Source: Monocercomonoides exilis PA203 (Eukaryota > Protista > Preaxostyla). From it: DNA of 64,000 nt. Shown here in pieces: positions 54,401-64,000 of the stretch. The stretch spans positions 62,001 to 126,000 of the forward strand of contig LSRY02000062.1 of assembly GCA_001643675.2 (NCBI GenBank), given 5' to 3'. Position numbers and translations under genes: made by a program. Every line of letters begins with the position of its first letter. Position 1 is the stretch's first letter. The notes under the pieces were generated by a model that was not told the DNA's origin, ran no database searches, and saw only the letters and a list, made by a program, of their open reading frames with translations.

Positions 54401-57400
54401 CAATTGTAAATGAATGCGATTGTGTTTTTCGAAAGTGATTTTCGAATTACGATGATACCAAACTGAGAAAATCTATATTTAAATATAAACAGGAATTTAT
54501 ATTTTGAAAACTTCCTCACTTTAAATTGAAAATCCTAATTAGTTTATTTAATAAAAAGTTTTCGTTGCACTTAACCCTTATGAAAACATTGAAAAGGAAT
54601 AAATATTTATACACTAATTAAAAACATTATAGAAAATATCTCTCTTATTTATCTTATAGGTTTGTTCATTAACTTTTGATAATAAATGCATGATAAATAC
54701 AAATAATTTTCAGTTTTTTATCGAATGTTTCTCCTTTTTGAGAATATTTGTATCCGTTAATTAGGTTTTTGAAGGTCAAATATTCTTCTTTTTAACATTT
54801 TTTATACAAGTCGCTATGGACCCTTTCATTGTTTTTTCTTGTTTATTTTAAATTTTAAGAAAATATCGATGTCATATACATCAAAAGCATTAATATTATA
54901 TTCAAAAAATTGAAGTTGTTCAGGCAAAACTCATGTTTTCGAAATGATTCATAAAACTCTGTGATTCTTCGTTAATAAATCAGGATTATTTGTTCTGAAA
55001 TTATTTTTCACAAATCTCGTAGAAATTCAATATTGAAGTATCTCCGAGAAATAAAAAAAAGATATTTTTTCCTGTGTAAATGTTTTTTATTTTTTAACAA
55101 TAAGTCACAGAATTGTTTGAATTTCTTAATTCAAAGGCAAATTTCGAAAACGTATAAGGAGAATTATTAAATGAATCATTAGATGAATTGCACAATTTTT
55201 GTGTTATTTTGAAATATTTGTAAAATTTTGAAATTAGCATATGTTATTTTGAAATAATCAAGTGATTTTGAAATTTTTCAGAAAAATTGAAAATAAGGTA
55301 GATATTTTAAGTTTCACCAACAAATTTCAAGTTTTATGAAAATTGAAGGAAGATCTTCTTTTTTCTTTTGACATTGTTGCATTCACAAATCGCAGTTTAT
55401 TTATCACAATGATTATTAAATATGTTTTATTCAATTGTCAGAACATTTAACAACAAATAATGCGAAATATATCATTTTTCATATTTTTGTGAAGATCGTT
55501 AAGAAAAAAATATATTATTTTGCGTTTAATACGATTATTGAAATGTTTCCATGAACAATAAATGATTGTAATTATTCAAAACATTTCAAAATTTCTATAA
55601 AATGGTTATAAATTACTGATTTGCAAAAATCTACAGAATACGTCAAATATGAAAGAAAAAAGCAAAAAAGAAATCAAAAATGTATCAAGTATTGATGCAA
55701 TGCGCAAAAATGAATATTTCCAAAAGAACAAAAATGTTAACGTGACAAAAAAAATGTTAAAAAGTGAAAGAGAAATAAAAGTGTAGTATTGATAATATAT
55801 CAGCATCACGTTTCGCTTAATGAGATTTTCAATATCATCAAAAAATATATTCAAGTGTTATTGTTTCTTTCTCTTCCTCTTTCTCTTCTTCTTCTTCTTC
55901 TTCAGCACATTCCACTTTTCTCAACCGCTCAAACATTCACAAAAAAACAGCATTTGCATCGACATAGGCGTTTTTTCAATGATGAGAAAACTCAAAGAAC
56001 ATCAACTTGAGAACAAAATTTTCTCAGTATCTTTTCAATGAGGCAGTTGTCAGTTCAACTTTTGTCAACTCTGCCTCAAGAAAGGAAGTCACCACAGGCC
56101 AGTTCCTCTTTTCTCTCTTCTTTCAAGCCGTCAAAAATTTCATTTCCACTTCTCAATCATTTGCCAAATTTCTTCTTCTGCTGCATCATCAATTCCTTGA
56201 TCTCATTTTCGGCTTTCAACAAGATTCGTCGTATATGTCTTCCAAAACCTTCTAAAAAGAAAGAAAAATATCTTCTCATTTCATTTATATTTCTTAAAAA
56301 TATCTACTTCTTCCCAATTTTTTTTGCCAGATATCTTCTTCGGCCTTGTCATCAACTTTTGTTTCCTTCTTTTTGCTTTTAACAAGATTCGCCTGATACG
56401 CCTTCTAAAGCCTTAAAAATAATCATCTTCGTTTCCTTTCCTTTCATTTATATTTCCCGCTCCCTCACTCCTCCATGCGCCCCTTCAATTGTTGTTTTCT
56501 GGCTTCTTCAATGCATTTAACATCCTCTCTTTCCATATTCCATAGGCATATATTCGCAGCAAATATTCTTAAAAAATTCCTAGTTTCATCAAAAAATAAT
56601 AACAAACGATGAAATTAAAAATAATCATAATAAGCAAACCTATATCTTTTATGATGATCATTCTTCTCAAACATCTTCTCCTCCTCCAAATATCGTTCCT
56701 TTCTGCAACAAAACCCATCTGTCTCGTCTTCGTTTCCTTTCTGCTTCCTCAAAAAATATCAGCCAAAGCCCAACTTCTTGTTCTTCTTCCGCTCAAATAA
56801 CTCATCCATCTCCATTCTATAAAAAAACCAGCAATGAAGAAGATTCCATCAGAAGAGCCCCTTTCCATCCCTACTCGCTGCATCACCTTCTTCTTCTCCA
56901 CATTTCCCCCAAAAAACATCAACGCCCCTCCACCACACATCCTTCATCTCCTCCACAAACAATTGCAAAATTCCTTTCTTTTTCACTCCCTGTTACTTCT
57001 TCTCCCATCATCCTTCTCCTAATCAGAAAATAAATATCTCCAATATTTTGCCTCTCTTTGGTGCAAAACACCCTCTCGTAGTCAGCCCCTCATCTCGATT
57101 CATCCCTGTCGCACCTCTGTCTCCACACCTCCAATGCAAAGCGCCAACACTGATGTTCCTTCTTCCTGTCTTCCTCCACCTACACCTCCATCCCTTGCCC
57201 CGCAAATGAGAGGCGCGACCAAAAAGTCCATCCAATTAAAAATATAAAATATGCAAAACCTTCCTCACATTTTTTCCCCTTCAACTCCACTTTTCTCTCT
57301 TATCATGCACACGCTCGCAAAAATTCTCCCTCTTGTCATACCTCATATGCCTCCTCCTTCTCTCGATGCATTTGATAAAAAAAATAATCCCTTTTCCATA

Positions 57401-57744
57401 TCACTCCATTTCCAACCTAACTCTTGACCTCCCCTCCAATAAATATATTCCATTAGCTCCACTCATCTTCTACCCCTATTTCCCACCTCGCCCCACCTCC
57501 TCAACAATAAATTCCTTTTCTCCAACAAATAACACAACTCCCACTCCTTCCAATTCACAAAAATCTCAACAACAACCCTACAAAAATTCATCCAAATCCA
57601 TCTCCTACACATCCATTTTGCATCTTAAATCTCATAAAAATACCTCTTTATACCCCAAAAAACATTCTTTTTATCGTTTCATTCCCAATCAAAACCCTGT
57701 TTATTCGTAATTACTAAAATTCTTCACCCTACACAATAAATCTA

Positions 57745-58178
57745 GGCATAGGTGAAAATTGTACCACTTTCAGTTTGCATTTTTTCAAAATTCAAACACA
57801 ACAGTGTAAATCTACACGATTACGTCAAGCGATTCAAAGAGGGAAATTTCGAAATTCGATCAAAAAATTTTCAACAAAATTTTCAATTTTGGAGACCCAT
57901 AATATTTTTATGTTGATCACTACAAACTTAAAATTCGATTTCTTAACTCCTAAAAGTTCAAATGAATTTATCGATTCAATGAAACAAGAAAAAAATATAG
58001 TTTTTATTGTTTGTCATGGTGAATTTTCGTCTATATTATTTTTTATGTTGTTAATTTCTATAAATTCAATAAATACGAAAAGCTAATGTTCTTAAATAAT
58101 AATGTGAATGCTCCAATAACATTTTAGAAGCAATAACGGAGGAAAACATATGCAACGTATGATAATAATCTTTAATTG
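57745..58178 (+). repeat. Left TIR (434 bp)
   Basis: Reverse complement of 61362..61795; mirror ORFs 57775..58086+ and 61454..61765- translate identically. Confidence 0.95.
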
Positions 58179-59180
58179 TTTAATAACTATTTTTGGTAAT
58201 AAATTTGTTAAAACTTGTATGATATTCAATTTTAGAAAGGAGGAAGGAAAAGTTGAATTGGAGAGGATGTGTTTAAAAGAATGTTCTTTGAAAGAGTTCA
58301 TGGGGAAGCTGGATGAATGAAAAGAAAAGATGTGGAGAATATTGAGTGATGCGAAGCTAGTTATAACGAGAAAAGGGAAAAAAGGAGGAGGATGATGAGG
58401 AGGAGGAGGAAGGTTAATGCTAAGAAGCATATGAAAAATGCAATATTGAGGATGCAGCGGGATGTCTTCGAAAGTTTTTAAAAAAATCAAGATTTTTTGT
58501 GGATAACCTTCAAACACTGTATTCTCTATTTTTTTTCATAAACCATATTGCTGTTTTCATTTTCATTCCATTTTATTTTCGTTTTTTGAGATTTGGGGTT
58601 TATAATTGTTTGCGCAAAATTAATTTTTCCTGTTTTTAACAAAGGATTCACAACAAGCTCGATTATAACTATGTATACATATTTTATTTTGGCTTTGCAA
58701 AGCTGCTTTCGTTTTCAAACGCATTTGTTAAAGAAATGAGTGTGAATTTGTAAAAATTTGTACAAGAAAAACAATTAATTCAGTTATTCATCATTATTAA
58801 AGTTTTATTAATTAAAGATAAAATAATAGCAATGAATAAATATCGCATCCAAATAATTGGAAAAAAATCACAAAGCTGGTTCAAAAAATTGCTTCTGCCC
58901 AGATCACGAATTATGTATCACTGTCGACGTGTGTGATTCGATATTTGTACTGCAGCGCTTGAATCGACTTTTTTTTCTTCAATAGAAATTATTAGAAACT
59001 GTGGCGGAGTGGGTACGAATGTCAATTCCAATATTAGATTCACCTTTAGACTTAGGATTATCCCTTATTTTTGCAAACAAAAATATTTCAACATCAGTTG
59101 GTGTCACGATCACTCTCGGCGATAGATTTCTTTCGAATTGTGATCATTCCCTACATGCCACACCTCCAACTGCCCTCTTT

Positions 59181-61044
59181 TCACACTGAACAGCTGTCCA
59201 GTTGATGATGGAAAAAAAGTATTCCTGTTCCAATCGAACTTACATCCCTTCTCTTCCCAATAACCGAAATTTTCTTTGTCCAAATCTTAATAGTTGTTGT
59301 CTCGCTAGTGTGATCCCCTTCTATCAGTGTAACTGACAGGCTCACTTGAATCACGCTCTTATCAACTGCAACACCAATGGTTCGGCATGCACTTGACTCA
59401 TCCAATCCACATAACTCTTCTTCGCCACCGCCACTTACTGTTACAAATCGATTGAGAATCCCTCTCTTCAGCCAATCCTTCTTTTCCGCGTGCTGAAAAT
59501 ACCAGGTGTTTGCATTCGAGTAGTTGTATGCAAAGCACATTCTCTGTTCATTCGTGTTTGTTGTGTAGCATTCATAGAACGGATTTCCTGAGTGCAAATA
59601 GACATTATAAAAATCAACATAATAGGCATCGTGACCATATGGAGTATTTACAGAACATTTACATTCATGGAAAAAGATGAAATAACAATAAATCGTTTCA
59701 TTTGGTGCTGCTGCTCGATTTGGATATAATTCCAAACCTCCTCCATATCCCATTGCCGAACATGAAATAAACTGAATGCTCCTCATTTTGAATTGATTAG
59801 GAACAGTGACACAATACATACCTCCACCCCAATTACTTTTAATTGAACATGAAGTGAAACTGCAGTCAAACACACGCGCACTTTCCCCTTCCCCTTTTTC
59901 TTCTCCAATGCAATCAGCTCCCGAAACCTGAAAATTATCAAGATAAAGTCCTCCTCCACAATTAACTGTTTTGCAATTCTGAAATTCACATCCGCTGATA
60001 TGAACACAAGACGAAATCGTATAAACAAATACTCCGCCACCATAACGATTTTGAGCGTTACAAGAATCGACGGTGTTATTCACAATCTCAACTGATGAAA
60101 TATTGAAGCAATTAATTCCTCCTCCAGCATAATGTACAATACATCCATTAAACACACAACGAGAAACAGATACAGAGGCAGATGATTGACTGTACATGCA
60201 CATAGCTCCTCCACTCGATATTCCATCAGTATACGAGTCGCTTTCTCATGTTGTCTTCGATCCATCCCATTCACACCAAACAAATGTATTCGCTCCATTT
60301 TCCGTTGTGTTTTGTCTCCCTGGCTTCAATGGTACCTCTGCATTTCCTTCACATTTCACATTCCTTGTCCTGCAACACCCAATAAACGAGGTGTTTGAGG
60401 CAGTCAAAGAGGCATAGGGATTATTGAGGGAATGAACAATCCCTCCATCACATACATCGCAGACTGATGAGAATGAGCAGCTGTTCATAAAACTTGATGT
60501 TTGGGTAGACGAAGTTGCTGGGTATGGGCAATCTGTAGATGCTGTTGAAATGTTGAAAAATATTTGTTTGAAGAGGGATACAAGAGGCATGGAAGGAGAT
60601 GAGAAAAATCGGTAAATAGAGGAGAAAGGCGATTCTCTCACAGAAGTTCTTCCTTTTCCTTTTCCCTTTCCCCATGCTTCTTAGCTCCATGTCAAAAAAT
60701 ATCCCAATGCAGCTGTATCCATTTTCCTGCCTCTTCTTCTGCTGCTTCCAAAAAGATTTTTGTAAATGAATTCCACAAAAATTTCTTTTCCCGTTCGCTC
60801 CATTTTTTCCGTTTCGCTCATTCTGCCAAACACTCTTCTGGATGCTGATTTCTTTCAATTTCTTCCAAGTATGCCCCAGAAAAAAGCAGTGTTTCCACAT
60901 TCCATATTTCATGCTCCCCCGGCGCTTCTGACAACACCTGATCGCATCACACATCAATGAAATCAAAAATAGACAAATAAAAACAAAAAATGAAACATGA
61001 AGAAAATGAACAAACAAGAATAAAATACCTCCACAAATCTTCAT
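59181..61044 (-). pseudogene. Captured 5' portion of a beta-helix surface-receptor gene (frameshifted, lacks TM and kinase tail)
   Basis: Hydrophobic N-terminus, FMNSCSFSSVCDVCDGGIV, GGG(I/V/L/M)..F..C beta-helix repeats and DWLK..RFVTVSGG..EELCG.DE..ACRTIG; same architecture as the N-terminal quarter of 41225..49012. Confidence 0.8.
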
Positions 61045-61361
61045 TTCTCTTCACTCCCCTCGTCCCCTGTTTGCCTCTCTCCAATTAACTCTCACCCCAA
61101 CATCATTCACTTCAAGCACCACATACACCACGCCTTCACCTTTCAAATCGAATCCAAATAAAGAAATTAAAAATTGTTTTCACCCGCTCTTTTATTGCCC
61201 ATTCAATTTCACTTACAGCATTTTTCTCTTCTCGTGTTCCTCAATCCAGCCTTCGATACATAAAAAATGCAGTTGAAACCTGATCTTCATTTTGTCAAAA
61301 ACGTTTCAAATTCAGTTCAATTTAAAATAGAGAAAATACAGCATTTGAGAAAGTTAATAAT

Positions 61362-61795
61362 CAATTAAAGATTATTATCATACGTTGCATATGTTTTCCT
61401 CCGTTATTGCTTCTAAAATGTTATTGGAGCATTCACATTATTATTTAAGAACATTAGCTTTTCGTATTTATTGAATTTATAGAAATTAACAACATAAAAA
61501 ATAATATAGACGAAAATTCACCATGACAAACAATAAAAACTATATTTTTTTCTTGTTTCATTGAATCGATAAATTCATTTGAACTTTTAGGAGTTAAGAA
61601 ATCGAATTTTAAGTTTGTAGTGATCAACATAAAAATATTATGGGTCTCCAAAATTGAAAATTTTGTTGAAAATTTTTTGATCGAATTTCGAAATTTCCCT
61701 CTTTGAATCGCTTGACGTAATCGTGTAGATTTACACTGTTGTGTTTGAATTTTGAAAAAATGCAAACTGAAAGTGGTACAATTTTCACCTATGCC
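61362..61795 (-). repeat. Right TIR (434 bp)
   Basis: As above. Confidence 0.95.
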
Positions 61796-62996
61796 TAAAT
61801 CTATCCTTTTACAACCACATTGTCTTCATATGCACATTCAACCACAATACAGAGCTGAGCCTTCTTTTCTATTATTGCAGAAAATATGTGATGGGCATGA
61901 TCAAGAAATGTCAAATACTCAGAAACTGTCAACGGAGTGAGACTCTGAGATTTTAACAAAGGCAGATTGACTAAATGAAATATTTCTCGTGAAGAGACGG
62001 GACATTGCAAAAGCGATATTTATTTGAAGAAAATAAAAGTTGTTCATTTTAATTTGTGGATGGCTGTGGAGCAACAATATTTCCAATGTGAATTTGAAAT
62101 TTAATGCGTATGTATTTTTTTATTGTTCAATTGATTGTGAAGATGTTTCCATCCGTATCCTCCCCAAAGTCGTGATTCAGGCAAATTATTTAAAATGAAC
62201 AATTTATTTTTTGCAGAGCAGAACAGTGAGGAAGCAAGCCAAATGTTTTCAAACAAATATATTAGAGCTTGAACATATTTTGTTGCAAATGTTTATGCAA
62301 CTTTTTTTGGATTCAACACGCGGCATTTCGCAATTCGATGAAAAATGAATTTTGAAGGAGCAGAACATCTGAGTAAACAGATAATTGGAAGGACTTGAAA
62401 AAAATTATTTTATTTCAATAATGATTATGATGCACAGTCCGAAGAATTGTGTGGAATAAATGTTTTGCAAGAAATAAATAAGAAGAGAAGAAAAAAGAAA
62501 AAGAAAGAGGAAATAATGCTGCACCTGAAACTTGAAGACAAATGAAAGGAAATAGCTGTTTTATTGTTGCAAAAACTTAGAGAAATTGTGGAAAAGATGA
62601 TGTTCTGTTGAAATACATCACTGAAATTTTTTTTTGGAAATTTCATTTTCAAATTTCTTTTTTGGGATAAATCCTTCAAAAAAATATTTGAAATAGAAAT
62701 GAGTATCGTTTATTGTAATTTTTACCCAATTGTTTATCTAAAAACTGCAGTGTTTATAGGTTTTGTTTGAATAATCAAAATTAATCACTAAAAAATATCT
62801 TTTGAATATCTTTTCAACTAATTTCAATTTTAAAAACAGCAGAGCATTTTTCGATAAAATGCTTTGAAAAACTTCTTGAACATGCATAATATATATTTTC
62901 ATAGAAAATATTTGGCCACCTGATTAATTGCAAAATTCCCCAAAAATTTCAAAATTTCCATTGACAATTTCAAAATTATTGGGTTATTTCAAAATT

Positions 62997-63581
62997 CGCG
63001 GAGAAAAATCTATCTACAACACCTCTTTATTAAGGGAGTGAGCTCTGCATTATGGGCTCAGCCGGTCACAAAAGTGATGTGTTCAAATGGATGAAGTGTT
63101 AAAATAACATTACAATAAATATATTCTGTGCCTAATGGCATACTGAGGCGTTGCAGGGATTGGCAATTGTCTTTGGCTCGGCTTGGGACGTAGTTTTGGC
63201 ATTTTGTAAACGGCGCTCGATTTAGGCATCGGCAACAGCACACGGCTATCCGCATAGGCTCTTTGTATTGGCTAGCTGTTCACGTTCTTGGTATTCCTTT
63301 GGTGTGGCTTTATCTTTGGCTTGTTCTGTTGATTTCATCAATGATATCTGTGTTATTTTGACTCAATTAATTTCATTGTATTTCTTTCTCCTTGAATATC
63401 TCTTCCATTATTCCAGGTTGTGAATTATTATTTAAAGGTCTTGGCTTGGGAAAATTACTGGAATGATTGGACCACGTCCGTTCGGTGGAACATAATTTAT
63501 TTAAAACACGAAGTGTGAAGCGGAGGGAGGAGCTATGCTCTGGGAGGGAAAAGAGGTGTTGTAGATAGATTTTTCTCCGCG
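62997..63581. mobile_element. ~585-bp non-autonomous TIR element
   Basis: Perfect 36-bp IR AATTCGCGGAGAAAAATCTATCTACAACACCTCTTT at 62993-63028 and 63550-63585 (outer AATT may be the TSD). Confidence 0.72.
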
Positions 63582-63602
63582 AATTAAAGTACAAAGTACC
63601 TT

Positions 63603-64000
63603 AATTCTAGAGAAAAACCGTTATCTACAACACCTCTTTATTAAGGGAGTGTTCATAGTTGGGCAAATCTTTGCATTTACATATTTCAGTGCGTATATCA
63701 GTCCTATCTGTCTCTGGTTCTCCTCTGGTAATTTCTGGTTCATTCCTCTTTGCAGTATTATTGTCCTCTGGCTCTTCAACACTCGTTGGAAATATTATCG
63801 CTTGATTAGGCTGTGTCGCTGGAAAAGTTTGCTGCGATGGAAGATCTGGGGAAGGCGCTTGTGTAGAAAAAGGTTCGGCTGTTGAATCCGCGTGATTAAG
63901 TGGTTGAAGCGGAGGAAGACCAAACATTATGGTTGTTGTTTGCTGAGTGGCACAGAAGGGAATGCCCTCTATCTGTTTTGAAATGCAGCTCTTCTCAACA
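63603..64000. mobile_element. Left end of a second element of the same TIR family, running off the window
   Basis: AATTC.AGAGAAAAA...TATCTACAACACCTCTTTATTAAGGGAGTG repeats 62993-63040 directly, then diverges. Confidence 0.55.

Larger units (their letters stand above)
52995..54577 (-). mobile_element. Merlin (IS1016/IS1595-like) DNA transposon relic; ends tentative
   Basis: Contains a Merlin transposase pseudogene; candidate degenerate TIRs GGTAAGTGGGAACAAAAC (52995) vs GGTTAAGTGCAACGAAAAC (revcomp, ~54558-54576); no clear TSD. Confidence 0.55.
57745..61795. mobile_element. Non-autonomous long-TIR DNA transposon carrying captured host gene sequence (Pack-type; Merlin or MULE superfamily)
   Basis: 434-bp TIRs starting GGCATAGGTG, 8-bp TSD TAAATCTA (57737-57744, 61796-61803), no transposase inside. 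Confidence 0.92.

Noticed and set aside
57775-58086. 103-aa ORF present twice with identical sequence (also 61454..61765)
   Set aside because: Lies wholly within the TIRs, starts at TTG and has AT-rich non-coding composition; the duplication is explained by the TIRs
63011-63651. 30-bp direct repeats resembling CRISPR repeats or LTRs
   Set aside because: Only two direct copies ~610 bp apart plus one inverted copy; eukaryotic context, no cas genes, no TG...CA LTR structure
1-64000. tRNA/rRNA genes, telomeric repeats, alternative genetic code
   Set aside because: None recognised by eye; long CDS are open under the standard code and end at TGA/TAA

Overview
Eukaryotic, intron-containing DNA in the standard genetic code. 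The gene families (giant single-pass beta-helix/pseudokinase receptors, GC-rich low-complexity CDS between AT-rich spacers) suggest an oxymonad such as Monocercomonoides; this is an inference, not a database hit. The first 38.9 kb is a near-perfect giant palindrome: arms 1-17671 and 21182-38866 (left arm cut by the window edge) around a 3.5-kb unique spacer. Each arm carries an exocyst SEC15/EXOC6 gene, a ~9.8-kb multi-exon receptor-like TKL pseudokinase gene and a hypothetical gene. The spacer holds a complete pogo-like DNA transposon (TA TSD, 29-bp TIRs, intron-bearing defective transposase, nested MITE). Beyond the palindrome lie a decayed pogo relic, a 2595-aa receptor-like pseudokinase, a hypothetical gene, an ML/NPC2-domain gene and a Merlin (IS1595-like) transposase pseudogene split by a 207-bp MITE with a 6-bp TSD. 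Further right are a 4.05-kb non-autonomous element (434-bp TIRs, 8-bp TSD) that has captured the ectodomain portion of a surface-receptor gene (Pack-type element) and a small TIR element family at the right edge. Most six-frame ORFs are antisense or off-frame shadows of GC-rich CDS.
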